A stretch of 63,702 bases of DNA, filler included, from Octopus bimaculoides (GCF_001194135.2; 6 parts of 5 records of this genome joined end to end with filler, not necessarily neighbours in it), one strand, 5' to 3'; positions 10,200-23,669 are shown, counted from the first letter of the whole stretch. The notes: generated by a model not told the origin, from the sequence alone. Made by a program: numbers and translations.

Positions 10200-12000
10200 G
10201 TAACAATAAAAGCACATCCCAGAATTAACAATGACTGACCTATTGAGCGGGTTTAGATTCATATTATTCAACATTGTGCACAGAAGGCGTTAGTTAAGAA
10301 ACTTCTATTTCACATCAAATAAATACACCTATTTATGCTAGTTAGACAGTAACAATAAAGACATTGAGAAAAATAGTAAGGGCATCAATGGTGTATACAG
10401 AATCATAGCATATGAGCAAAAGACAAAACTGTCATTCTTCGTGAAAGGGCGACAAATAAAAATGCTTTGTGAAAAGCTAATAACTATACCTTGCGTTTGT
10501 TAACCTAGAAGGTTTTAACAAAATTCCAAGTGTTGTAAATTTGGTGACCACAGAAGTTTATGGTTCATAGGCCATACGTATTTAAGACCTAGAAGCATGT
10601 GAAGCCTAGAAGTAAAGTCAGAATTAGGCAGTATAATTTTCAAAAGTATTTGAAGTTTAGATGAGTGTTCGGCAAATTTTCGAATACAATAAAAGAAATT
10701 CGGATATTGATAAAATGGTACAATCAACAACTTGCAGTGTAAATGAAATAAAACTAGCTTTTATTGCCAAATTAAAATAACTTAAAATAGGAAGATTCGA
10801 GCATTAGTAAAGAAAAGAAAATCACAAAGAACGGACACTAAAATATTCGGGATAAAAGCTTAAATTGGAGTAGGGTAAAACACTGCAGAAAATGCAACTA
10901 ATTACTACTACAAAGGTGCAGTATGGATAGTAAACAGATAGAAGGCAGTAAATATTTCGGCAATCTTTCTTTACTGTTGTTGAGAGGAGGGATAAAGAAA
11001 GGATAATGATTTGTTTTGATTTAAGTTTTTGAAAATTGCTACTCGCTGACAAGCTCCACACAAACAGATTGTTACGACAAAGGACTGATAAATGACATAC
11101 GACGGATAATCAAAAACCAAAACAATTTGTTGTATGTTCAGACGAAATTTGGAGGAAAAACAAAAGTTAAAAGAGGACAGTTGTAAAGTAAGGGATAACA
11201 AAAAGGCGTCAAAATATAATAAGAATTAGAAAAGACAAAAAGTATGCTTGGGGCGGGAGTGATTGTTTTAATATAAAAGCAGTTCATTATAAGAAATAAT
11301 TAACAGAATTGGAATGAAGTAAAGCTGATGATGAACCAATTATACTTCTAATGAAACTATAAACCTACAATAAGACAACAAAACAAAACAGTGTTTGTGT
11401 GTTTGCGTGTGTTAAACAAAATTTTAACTTGAAAATTAAAACTTCGAAGTTGATTTGAACAATAAATGCTACATCTGGGTGTTGAAACATTTTTTACAAA
11501 AGAACACTTAGGGGATGTAAACATATTAAGAATATAAAGAATAAAGGGAAAACGAGAAGACAATGTAGCTATACACTTTAATTAAATACTACAGTATATA
11601 AAACTTGGATCTGTCAACGATACAGCTGGAATTACATAAATTATAAACAAAATATATACACTGCAGTAAAATATTCAAACTAAAACTTCCAGGACTTGTC
11701 ATTCTATTAAAAAGAAGGCAACAACAATAGTGCACGACATATTGTCAATAGTGTCGCTCTTGTGTTAACACAACACAAACATGGGTAATCATATATATGG
11801 GATATCAAGCAATCAGAATACGTATAGAGTTAACAGGGAGGTATCTAGTAAAATCAAAGTAGAATTATGTTTGTGTATACGTACAGTGAAGGCGATGGAT
11901 AGATGATGATTGGTGTACCCAGCAAGGAAATGCTAATTGTACAGCAAATTGTAGTCAATAAACAGATTTGTTATTAAATCTGAAGCCCCTGACCACGTGT
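10200..12000 (-). mobile_element. Heavily decayed Penelope-like element (RT C-terminus, linker, GIY-YIG remnant)
   Basis: Minus-strand HLSIAFTV...ILLDTSL near 11850-11900. ORF 10515-10730 PFYQYPNF..I.K..EH...LQ.LLK.ILP resembles the PLE linker. VYL...CAQC near 10270-10330. Confidence 0.5.
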
Positions 12001-12399
12001 GAAGTGCATTAATCACACCAGTTATGTGCCCTTAGTTTGTATTTCGTCCACTACGCAAATATAGTTTTCGGTTGTTAACAAAGGTGTTATTAAACTACTA
12101 TTCTCGATGTAATTCTGGTCTCTTAATGATGTTAAACAATTATTAATGTAATTCTGGTCTCTCATTAATATTAAACTATTAATGTTATTCTTGTTTAAAT
12201 CGGACAAAATGATTAGCAGCAATGTTCCTGGCTCTTTACGTTCTGAGTTCAAATTCGGGCAAGGACGACTTGACACTTCATCAGATAGGAAATGATAAAA
12301 TAAGTAATGAAGAGTCGATATAAATGATTTTCCCCCTCCAAGAACATTGCTGGTCTTGTGCTTGTAGTAGAAATAACTTAATGTAATTCTAGTCTCTTA

Positions 12400-12590
12400 T
12401 CATTTACTTGTTTTACTCATTGAATTGTGGCCATGTTGGGTCACTACCGTGAAGGTTTTAATCGGACAAATCGACTAAAGTACGCCTTTTAGAGAATTCT
12501 ATCGGTCTACTTTGCTAGATTACAGGGACTAACAAACCAACACCGTTTGTCAAGCAGTGGTGGGGACAAACACAAAGACACATATAGACA
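12400..12590 (-). mobile_element. CORE-like SINE 3' fragment
   Basis: TTTTACTCATTGAATTGTGGCCATGTTGG...GGGGACAAACACA is homologous to 3500-3700. Confidence 0.6.
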
Positions 12591-12765
12591 TGTTCCCTTG
12601 ATGATCCATTGCAGTTAGGCATTAAAATGCACTCTAAACATTTGATGCTGTGTACCAAATAACTGTGACGATGAAACATATGTACAAACTATTCATTTTT
12701 GTATTTTTCCTAATTTTTCAATATATATGTGTGTGTATATATATATGTATATATATATATATATA

Positions 12766-13981
12766 TGTAGTGAAACTACCTATCGCCATTAGATACAAAA
12801 CTGCTATCGCCATTCTTCTCATTTAAATATAAACAAACGCGAACGTAGCGGAAAACGTTAACCTTGTCATCACGTGACTGATCATTATTTGAATCGGCAA
12901 CTTCTTCGAACCGTTCCCGCCAGAACGCAAACTGACCAATCACAGCCCTTAATAAGGTCACGTGATAGTGTTTTTCTATCACTGTCTGGGAGCCCCCTTA
13001 ACGCCTTAAATAGATCAACTCATACCCAGCAAATTCGTCTCGGTCCAGTTTCTCTTTGAGATCTGTTCCGTGTACCACACGACAGCAGCAGCAACAATCA
13101 GCCAGCGACCACTTCAACAGCTTTGTCCAGCCAACGATGACCACCGCCGTCGCCACNNNNNNNNNNNNNNNNNNNNNNNNNNNNNNNNNNNNNNNNNNNN
13201 NNNNNNNNNNNNNNNNNNNNNNNNNNNNNNNNNNNNNNNNNNNNNNNNNNNNNNNNNNNNNNNNNNNNNNNNNNNNNNNNNNNNNNNNNNNNNNNNNNNN
13301 NNNNNNNNNNNNNNNNNNNNNNNNNNNNNNNNNNNNNNNNNNNNNNNNNNNNNNNNNNNNNNNNNNNNNNNNNNNNNNNNNNNNNNNNCCAGCATCAATC
13401 TCCACCAGCGTCAACACGACTTACTATGTACACCAAACTAAACCACCGCGGCACATCTCTCTCTCTTCGATTCTGTTAGGTGACTTAGCTTCACCACGAT
13501 AATAAACAGACAAGAGATAAACGTCTGCGATAAACGTCTGTCCTCAAGGCCCTGGCATCGAAGCCAAAGCACAACTAGTGATCAGCTCTGCCACACTCAG
13601 CCTCCCCTCCTTTCACATACAGACTCATACTATTGGGTACACAAGAACTGGTATAAAAATGCTCACGTGTTATTGACTCTCTTTCTATCTGCTGTAATAA
13701 CTCACATACACATACATGTATCACTCACATACATACTTTTCTTTGTACGACGGCCTGTCTTTGATTATGTTCTTATATGTCGCATTCACACTCACTCACA
13801 GACATACATCTTTAACGCCATCATAAATATCACTGTTATTCATCTTATACGGTTGTGGTCTTTCATTACTGGTCATCTATGTTATCGTAGCATAACATTA
13901 TTTGTATATCATCATTGATATATTATTTTGTGTTCGACCGTGTGACACGTTTAAATAAAAGGAGTCCTCTGTTTTTCCATT
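12766..13981 (+). mobile_element. LTR-like sequence of the same family as 4802-10133; contains an internal N gap and is truncated by a gap
   Basis: Starts TGTAGTGAA. Has TTCCCGCC, CCAAT and ATAAGGTCACGTGA. GGCCTGTCT...TATGTCGCATTCACAC block shared with 9260-9310; TTTGTG..CGACCGTG block shared with ~10065. Confidence 0.6.
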
Positions 13982-14081
13982 NNNNNNNNNNNNNNNNNNN
14001 NNNNNNNNNNNNNNNNNNNNNNNNNTTAATTAATTAANNNNNNNNNNNNNNNNNNNNNNNNNNNNNNNNNNNNNNNNNNNN

Positions 14082-14113
<32 letters not shown>

Positions 14114-14123
14114 ACAAATGAAT

Positions 14124-15720
14124 AATTATAGATGAGTGTACAGGTACTAATCCCTTACGACCGTTTCTGCCATGAGGCAATAAAATCTTCCAAGTTATCT
14201 GCATCACATCAGTGATGTACAGGGATGAACAAACAAGGTTTGGATAAGAATAAGAAATGATGCATGTTACGTGTAAGTGAAATTTCCTTCATGCTTAAGG
14301 CTTCTAAACTCTCTTAAGGAGAGAAATGTTTTTGTCTTCATAAGGCTAGGCACACTTCTCTAAATACCATTAATATTAACTGTTACTAGTGGTACTACCA
14401 CTCTCGATAATAATAATATTTTCCCTAATATATAGTGATTCCTATCTTTTCCTGTTCATTGTTAGAATTAATTGAAATACACAGTTACCCCCCTTGAACT
14501 ATAATTTACTAACCTAAAAAAAAAAAAACGTTTAAGGCCAGACAAGTCCACATTAAAACTTGTATCTCGGACTTTACTAGTAATCTTGTAATTATTACTC
14601 AGCCTACCCACAACGTAATAATACTCAATAAATACTATACTATACTGGTATGTGTTTTAGCGTTGCATCTCTACAAGGATAATACAATATCAGGCTACGA
14701 CGATGGAACCCATTGGCTCCTGTTTATCATTTCTTTACCCGTCAACTAAACGCTTCCCCCCCTCCAATTCTCCCGTACAAAAATACTCGTTAATTAGATA
14801 TGTATCTCAAATATATTCAAATAAAAACACCATTCACATACCCGTAGGTACATTCCTTGGCCCTTCCCTTGGTAGAAACCCCCAACACTAATTATGCCTG
14901 AAATATTCTTATATTGATATTTGTATTCGTATTTATCTGTGTTTTTATTTTATTTTACTTGAGTTTTATCCTTCTAACGGACTTGAATTACGTCATTGTT
15001 TTTGAATATTAGATGATCAATTGGCTTGTAGAACGGACTCTGACTCCCACCCCACTACACATAGGGGTTTTGGGATTAGGTTTCGGTCAAGAAGTAACGA
15101 ATATTAGCATCGCATTTAAGTTTCACCTAATTTCCTTTCACTAATATACTCATGTATTAAACTTCCCCCAATGGGTTTAATCTAAGTTATTTCTGCCAAC
15201 TCCTTTATAATGCTATATCTACTGAATAGCAGTTAGCATCTAACCTCAAACCCCTGTAACGTGGACCATACCATTAAACCCACCACAAAACATACCACCC
15301 TCGCTATACCCCCTCCCAGTACAATGGAAACAAGATGTAAACTGCAGCCTGCAAAAATTCCTTTCTTCATCTACTTACCACAGGATGGAATACCATGGAA
15401 TTTATTAACACCTTACCTTACCTTTCCTTACATTATTTTATTTTATTTATTTTTTATTTTACTTTATTCTACCCTACTCTAATTTTTAACTGACTTTCAT
15501 ACATGTTAGTTCCCTAACACTTGGACCCTCTGAAGAAGCCGAGGGGCACATCCATTATCCAAACCTTGTTTGTTCATCCCTGTACATCACTGATTTGATG
15601 CAGATAACTTGGAAGATTTTGTTGCCTCATGGCAGAAAAGGCCGTAAGGGATTAGTACCTGTACACTCATCTATAATTCTCCATTTCTACAATCCTGTAA
15701 ATAACAATAAAGGTATTTTT
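14124..15720 (+). mobile_element. Element bounded by a 124-bp inverted repeat with a ~40-nt 3' tail; probable decayed PLE with inverted terminal copy
   Basis: 14124-14247 is the reverse complement of 15555-15678 (about 4 mismatches). Internal TSPNGFNL near 15165-15190 resembles a GIY-YIG C-terminal P.GLN. CTGAAGA at 15530. The IR is certain; the PLE identity is weaker. Confidence 0.6.
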
Positions 15721-15864
15721 ATATAAGCTTGAAGGTTATGGCAGACTGGGAAAGAAGCTGAGGGTGTTAAGAATCTCTGGGGTCAAACAGGCTACTCTCA
15801 ATGAAAATCTGGGATCACTAGGCCCCTGATTATAGATACTTGAAATGTACAAACTCTCTGAAAT

Positions 15865-15899
<35 letters not shown>

Positions 15900-16500
15900 C
15901 CAACCAACCAGAAAGAAGAACTGCTTTGGTATCATGAGAGCACCAATGATACAGAGTTGACATTGCTGCCTTCAGTGAGACAAAATTTTTAGACAAAGGC
16001 TAATTAAGTGAGGTTAGATCAGGAAATACTATTTACTGGTCAGGTTGCAAAGCTGAAAGGCAGGCAGGTGTTGGATTTGCAGTGAGGACCACTTGTCTCT
16101 CCACCTAAGTCGCAGCCCCTGGGTATCAATGACAGAATCATGACTATCAGGTTCTCCATATCAAACAATGCATTTGCTATTTTGGTAAGTGTCTATATCC
16201 CTACCATGACAAACCAAGAAGAAAATAAAGAAGCTTTCTGTCAACCTGCATTCCTGCAGTTGATAAATTGATCATCCTGGGGGATTTCCACATGCGACTC
16301 AAATCATACAATGTGGACTGGTATTATCAGTGAGCATGGTGTAGGCCATGAGAATTCAAATGGCAAACTTCTGCTTTCATTTTGCCCCGAGCACAACTTC
16401 TCAATTACAAATACCTTAATTCTTCCAACTGAAAGAAGCCTACAAAACCACCTTGATTTACCCAAAAGAGAAGAAGCATTGCCATCAAATAGATTTAATC
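15900..16500 (+). mobile_element. RTE-clade LINE APE endonuclease remnant
   Basis: YWSGCKAERQAGVGFAV, NDRIMTIR, SVYIPTM, LIILGDF, WTGIISEHGVGHENSNGKLLLSFC.EHNFSITNT. Confidence 0.85.
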
Positions 16501-16619
16501 ATTTGCAGACAATGTGATCTGCATGACTTTCACCAGAAAGGCGAAACGTTGTCTTTATGTTTTCATTTCTCATTGTGTTTAACGTTTTTTTGTGATGTCC
16601 TGTACCCATAAATATATCC

Positions 16620-17449
16620 CAAAGTTTTAACATCATCTCATTTGCCATAGTCACCTGGCACAGCAATATACCGGTGCCAGCGTTCCTGCTACTTTTGGAA
16701 TCCTGCTTAGAAGTTGTTTTCTGTAAGCAAGTTGAGGACCTTCTGCGATTCACTCTGGATCTCCACAATGGTGTTAAAAGAGTGACCTTTGAGCTGCATT
16801 TTCCTCATGAGGGAAGAGATGATAGCCCATAGGTGCTAAATTGGGTGAACAGGGTTGATGTAGAAGTGATATCACGTTGTTTTTGTTGTTGAGAAACTCA
16901 TGAGCGAGAGGAGAGCTCAGTGGCAGGGTGCAGTATTGTTGTGAAGAATCGAATTCTTTGCACTCCACAGATTCAGTCCTTCCTCAAATGCTTCAAAATA
17001 TTGCAGTAGAACTCTTGATTGATGGTCGTCTGGCCCCAGGGGATGAATTCTTTAAGCACAATACCACATTTCCGGGGGTGACGCTTGTGGTAGGTCTTCC
17101 AGATCACTCATCATCATTATCCAGGGAAGTTCTTCCACTTTTGAAGTGTCACTCGAAACATTGTCTCATTGCTGTAAGCTTACCAAAACATGCTCAATGT
17201 CTCTGTAGCAGACTTCAAAAGTTTAATGCAAAATTTCACGTTGGTTCTTTGTTCTTGTCCATGACAAAGTCACAGACTTACAGCCTACCCATGATCACAA
17301 AAACACAAATTTCACAACTTGCAAAGTCACTTGGCACACTGCCTCACGTAGGTCACTGCTAGCTATCACTGTGCATGCAACCAAGTGCTGCCATCTGTTG
17401 GTGTGCTACAGAACTAATCTGGGAATTTTTTCATACCACCTCATATATA

Positions 17450-17450
<1 letters not shown>
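16620..17450 (-). mobile_element. Decayed mariner transposon
   Basis: Minus-strand HQPCSPNLAPMGYHLFP (YSPDLAP motif) and EIQSESQKVLNLLTENNFQAGFQK.QERW; TIR-like TCTGGGAATTTTTTCATACCACCTCATA at ~17418-17446. Confidence 0.8.
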
Positions 17451-17502
<52 letters not shown>

Positions 17503-18163
17503 ACGCACGTAATACATACACACACAACACACGTAACACACGTATGCTGCTCACACACACACAGATACAGATAAGAGGGAAAATTGCATCTGAATCTCAG
17601 AAACATAAAGAAATAGAGATATAAAGAATGAGAGGGAGGAAGGTAGGACATATTGCTAGAATATCTCAGCTGCCTTACTGGCAGAGCAGACATATATAGG
17701 GGTATATATATATAAATGCTTTTCAACAAACTATTGGTCTTATTTTACACAGGACATTTTTGAAGTTTTGTTATATAATCAAACAATGTAATATTCACAA
17801 ATAACTAATGAATAAAATCCTGAATATTTCAGAAATAAGCAAATGCTGTAAAGACGGATGTGTTTTGTAAATAGTGACCCACTTCTGACTATTTTTGAAC
17901 TTCATATCTAAGCTGATAGTCTTGAAAAGAATGAACTTGAAATTTAGGGATGGGTATAAATAAATAAATAGAATATACACATCTGCTTTTTGCTGCGGGC
18001 ACAAGGCCAGTGTTTTTGAAGCAGAAAGAGGGATATGGATGGCTGAATATGTTGACTTCTCTACATTATATCCTCTCTTAACTATTTTATCAACAACACT
18101 GGGGAGATGGAAATCAAAAGTTTTTAAGATGATACTTAGTAAAAAAAAAAGATTAGTAGGTGG

Positions 18164-18299
<136 letters not shown>

Positions 18300-18829
18300 T
18301 TCAGTTTTAGATATGGAAATAACATGTCCAGAGTAATGTTCTTACTTTCTTGAGTCCTCCAATGCCTGGTGCCTGTTGTCATCGCTGTCATTGTTGTTGT
18401 CCTTCTCATCATCATCATCATCACCACCAAAACCTCCTTCATCATAGCATTCACCAACACCACGACCAATAACATCATTGTCATCAACACTAACCATTAA
18501 TAATGTTAACTTTTGCAATGCTATCTTGGGCTGGGTAGATTGTGATCACAACACCATGTCTATTTCCTCAGCTGTCTTTATTTAGTTGCATTTACCTTGT
18601 CAGTGGCACCAAACTTTCTAAGGTCCTGCTTTAATTAGAATCTTATTGATAAGGTTTCATTAACTTACTTCCATTCTTGGATCTGTAACGTTTTTCACTC
18701 AGCTCGTTTTAATCAATTGATATTATCATAAACCCTGACAAGATGGTGAGCTGGCACAATTGTTAGAACAAAATACTTTGTGGTAGTTTGTCTGACTCAT
18801 ATTTGACATCCTGAGTTCAAATTCCACAA

Positions 18830-19330
18830 AGGCCAACTTTGTATGTCATCCCTGTGCATGGCCTGTACAGCTCTCACCAATGGCTCATTTATCTCTGCAT
18901 TGACTACTAGATAAGGGAGTAGGTGACCCTGTCCACAAAAGCCAAGTGCTTCTCTTGCAGTTGCCTCACCAGGGATATGACATTCTTCCTGGCATAAAAC
19001 CAAACTGCATCTCATCTTGGCTAACTTTCTTCTTGATTGATCGATGTATGACCCTTTCTGTATCCTTCATCACTTGGTCTAGCAATTTGATGCTCTGTGT
19101 AATCACTTCTGTCCAAGGCATCACCTTTACCTTTGCAGCAGTTGGCTATGATGCTGCTACAGCAGTTGTTGAGTATGACTTCCTCGTGGACAACCTGATT
19201 GTACGGATGACTAGGCCACATCCCACACCACCAGACATTTTAAGCATCTCAGTGGTGATTCCTGATGCAACAGAGACTTTCCCCATCTTCATATCCTTAA
19301 TTGCTTTATCTGCTAAGCTACTGTTGATTT
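18830..19330 (-). mobile_element. RTE-clade LINE RT fragment
   Basis: Minus-strand KDMKMGKVSVASGITTEMLK, IKLLDQVMK..ERVI, DEMQFGFMPGR, LVRAVQAM. Confidence 0.8.
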
Positions 19331-19369
19331 GGATAGCTGGCCCCTAAAGGTTTGGTTTGTTGGGGTAGG

Positions 19370-19630
19370 GTGTGTGAAAAATGTTATTGTTACATGTGGG
19401 TGAAACACACAGTGCTCTCAGAACTCACTTTCGTGGAAGTGGGCAGGTCCCCTCAAGAACCTCATATCGCAAGACATCTTGGCTCATTGTCATCTCCTCC
19501 ATGAGGCCCAACATCCTGAGAACAATTCTCACTACTTCATACCATGTCTTCCTGGGTCTTCCTCTTCCACAGGTGCCATCCACTCTTGTCCAAACCAGCA
19601 TAGTCTTCTCTCTTACCTGCTGCATTTAAT
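19370..19630 (-). mobile_element. RTE-clade LINE 3' end fragment
   Basis: VDGTCGRGRPRKTWYEVVR..LRMLGL.EEMT..QD..RY.VLE. Confidence 0.8.
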
Positions 19631-20027
19631 TTGTTTTATGCCCAACTTTACTCTCAGATATCCCTTAGATTGGCTTGTGAAGGCTTATATGTTTGCTGAA
19701 AGGGAAAAAACTGCATCATATAAAATCAACTGGAGACTGATGGAAAATGTAGACCATACGTCTGCTGCATCAGGAGGTGCAAGCTTTGTTTGACAGAGAA
19801 AAGAATTATCTTGAAGAATTGGCTTTGTGCAAGGGCCTCCTAGAATCCTAAAACTGAGGTTTTCTCTCCCTGAAAAGAAGGGTACATTTAACTAGTTGGT
19901 CAAGTTCAACCTAGCAGTAAGAACTGGTGTTTACTCTTTGCAATTATTTTCATCCTGCCAAGCATACTCTAACCCTCATCCCTCTCTTTCCTCCCGACAA
20001 CCCTTTACTCTTTTATCTCTTCCTTCA

Positions 20028-20061
<34 letters not shown>

Positions 20062-20691
20062 CACACACAAATTTTATGGAATAAACAGGAGTGTACATAC
20101 ATGAGTGGGTACACACACACACACACACACACACACACTCATTACTCATCGGCAGAAAAGTTATCAAAGTGACTCAAAGACCAAGACTTTCCTGCACAGC
20201 CTTTTAATCAAACTTTCACTTATTTCGTGACTTGCATAAAACCCTCAGCTCTTCAGTTACTTTTGTGGCTTTACTGCATTTGTTTGTGTGTGTGTGTGTG
20301 TGTGTATATGTATGTATAGGTCTATATATATATATGACTTTAAAACAAGTAGATTAGTTTAAATTACTTGATTTCATTTTTAAAACTTGTTTTATCTGCA
20401 AGAACCAATTTTACTAACCAGCACTAGCACCACCACCTTTACCAACATTCCCACCACCACCACTACCATCACTGCCACTGCTACTGCTGCTGCTGTCAAT
20501 AGAAGAACAGGGTAGCATTAAGGAATGATAGAAAGACAGTGCGATATATATAACCAAAACAAACGTACAACAAGGTTACAACTCCAGGTAGAGAGGAATT
20601 TGGAGAAACACAGAGAAATATGATGGTAAAGGAAAAAGAAAATGAAGCAGAAGAGTGGAAGAATGGTTCTGTGTTGAACTGATCTTACGTA

Positions 20692-20728
<37 letters not shown>

Positions 20729-20904
20729 TCTCTCATGCAGAAATTGAGGAGTCGAGAAGCAGTTTCCCAAAAGTTGACCTTTCAGGAGTTGATCTTTCCA
20801 TGACTGGATGGAACAACAGATGTTTTATGATCCAATTCCAGCAAAGAGAGAAGGGGATGAATTAGTTTGGGTGAGTTTTATATGAAGAAAGGAACAGGGC
20901 AACA

Positions 20905-20936
<32 letters not shown>

Positions 20937-21099
20937 GGTGGGTGGTGGTGGTAATGGTTACAGTGATGATGGTAATGATGGTGGTGTGGTGGTGGCGGTG
21001 GTGATGATCACACTCGAATGGGGGTCAGTCAGCAGCCCTGGCAACAATCCTGCTCGGATGGTCTCTTAGAGCTAAGTAGCATGGATGCCAGTCTTGCGG

Positions 21100-21426
21100 T
21101 GCTGTCATTGAATTTGAATTTGATTTTGATTTCACTTGCCTCAACAGGTCTTTGCAAGCAGAGTTTAGTGTCCAATGAAAGAAAGGTACGCCTAAGTGGG
21201 CTGGTTGCACCACTGGCATAGGCCACAGGTTAGGGTCCCACTTGGCTTACCGGGTCTTCTAAAGCACAGCATATTTCCAAAGGTCTCGGTGACCAGTCAT
21301 TGCCACGGTGAGGCCTAATGTTCGAAGGTCGTGCTTCACCACCTCATCCCAGATCTTCTTGGGTCTACCTCTTCCACAGTTGCCCTCAACTGCTAGGGTG
21401 TGACACTTTTTCACACAGCTATCCTC

Positions 21427-21430
<4 letters not shown>
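21100..21430 (-). mobile_element. RTE-clade LINE 3' end with (TCAAA)-type tail
   Basis: Minus-strand EDSCVKKCHTLAVEGNCGRGRPKKIWDEVVKHDLRTLGL; ends in a TTGAATTTGAATTTGATTTTGA repeat. Confidence 0.8.
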
Positions 21431-21470
<40 letters not shown>

Positions 21471-21555
21471 GTAAAGAGCAGGTTGCAATGTTTCAACAAA
21501 AAGGAGAATTATAATTGTCACTAAATGTGTTTTGGGTGTTAAAACACACCCACCC

Positions 21556-21713
21556 ACATTGCTAGAAATAAGAGATAAAATACTCCAATACTGTAGTTAA
21601 TGCACTTGAATGAAAACATACACTAACAGGGACCATAATTGTTAGTGTATATGTTTTTGTTCATGTGCATTTACTACAACATTAGAGAATTTTAGCTCTT
21701 ATTTCTAGCAATG
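21556..21713. repeat. ~158-bp hairpin (arms ~73 bp, 11-nt loop), MITE-like
   Basis: ACATTGCTAGAAATAAGAG...CACTAACA-GGGACCATAAT-TGTTAGTG...CTCTTATTTCTAGCAATGT. Confidence 0.85.
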
Positions 21714-21872
21714 TAGCTCTTATTTCTAGCAACATTCGTCCTAAAGCAGGACTGCCATATTATATTGGCAAACAAGCTTTACTACAAAGTACTGTTGCTG
21801 AATATCTCACATTGTGAGATTTAAAAATAGTAATTTTATAGTTTTTTTTTTATATTTAGATATATACATAAT

Positions 21873-22566
21873 TTAATTTTTCCACTTCTCCTCCTCCATT
21901 TTGTTGATGAGATTCATGTTGTCCTTCAAGAAAATTAACACAATAAAATTTTCATCAGACAAGGACAATCTCTCGGTACACAAGATGTCCTTGCTCATGG
22001 AAAATAAATGTTCAATTGCAGCACCGGAAAGGATGGCTGTGTTGAACTTGATGAACAAGTCCACCAACACTTGCTCACTCAAGAAGGCAGCATCTGTCAG
22101 TAGATCTTTGGAGTTGGTCTCCAGCCAGGTCTTTACTAAATTCTGGGCCGTGGCTTCTACTCCCTTTTTTTTGGGGGGGGGGGAGGACACCACTGAAGAA
22201 GTCCTCTTCCATCTCTTTGTTTTTGCTGCCTCATGGCCTCCTCCACCTTACCCTCCATGCTTTCTCCTCACCTTGGTGAACTTGGTACTCTCATACCTAT
22301 CCAACTAGATGAGGCAAAACCTGGGGGGTGGGGGTGGAAGGCAGCAGCCAGTTGGCATTCCTCATCGTCCAGAAGGGATGCAAATCTTTTGCTGATACCT
22401 GCCAAAACAGCATCGACCAAGGGGCTGCAGTAGACAAGTTTTGGGTTAATGGACTTGAGTTAATGGAAGTTAATTAGTCTGATAAAGGTTTTCAAAGTTA
22501 ACTTAAAAGTTAAGTCGTTAACGAAAATGATAACTTCATTAATTAATGGACTTACACCCAGCTCTG
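21873..22566 (-). mobile_element. hAT transposon remnant (C-terminal dimerization domain)
   Basis: ORF 21873-22193 LFIKFNTAILSGAAIEHLFS..KDIL..ERLSLSDENF..LIFLKDN; right end CACCCAGCTCTG (reverse CAGAGCTGGG, hAT-like TIR start). Confidence 0.8.
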
Positions 22567-22584
22567 TATGTATGTATATATGTA

Positions 22585-22850
22585 TCATCATCATCATCGT
22601 TTAACGTCCATGGGTTGGACGGTTCAACCGGGAAGCTGCACCAGGCTCCAGTCTGATCTAGCAGAGTTTCTACAGCTGGATGCCCTTCCTAACACCAACC
22701 ACTTAGTGAGTGTAGTGGGTGCGTTTTACGTGCCACCGGCACAAGGGGCCTGTCAAGGCGGCGCTGGCATCGGCCACATTAGGATGGTGCTTTTTACGTA
22801 TCACCGGCATGGGTATCACAACTACAATTTCCCTTTGGTTTTCATTTTGA
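22585..22850 (-). mobile_element. (GAT)n-tail SINE-like repeat, same family as 579-805
   Basis: CATCATCGTTTAACGTCCATGGGTTGGACGG...CTACAGCTGGATGCCCTTCC. Confidence 0.8.
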
Positions 22851-23034
22851 TGTTGATGTACTTGACTCAGTAGGTCTCCTCAAGCACAGCAGGTCGCCCT
22901 ACTATCCAAGGTACTTTTGAATAGGCTGGGGCTGGTTAGGCGAAACTGGTGCAGGATACAGCCGTGAACTCACTTTATTTGCCGGGTCTTCACATAAGGA
23001 GTAGACAACCACCATATATATATATATATATATC

Positions 23035-23147
<113 letters not shown>

Positions 23148-23669
23148 TGCCCCAGTGTGCCATCCGGGGCACCCCCCCAGTTACGTTAGTGGCTCCAGCA
23201 TGGCCACATTCATATGACTGAAACAATTAAAAGATACACACACACACACATGTATATATGTATGTATACATGTATGTATGTATGTGCATATCTACATGTA
23301 TAAACACATCACACATCATTAGCATCATTAATTCGTGTCCAATTATTAATATGCACAAGCAAACATACACACATGTATGTATTGAAGTACTTACATTTCC
23401 ACTATTCTGTTTATAATTTCTCTCCATCTTTTATGGCAATCATTACCTAACTCAGGTGATGGCAATTAAGAAAAAGAATTCTCAACAAACAATTGATGTC
23501 ATAGCAACAACACCATATTGTAAACACTTCAAGACATGCATCTGTGCCCCTTGTTACGATTTGCATCTTGTCATCTGTTCGCCGTAATAGCGCAATGCCA
23601 ACAACGTGATATTTGCCTTCCAGCTAAGATCTTTCTTTTTAATATCCGTTTACATTGGCTGTTAGTCTC

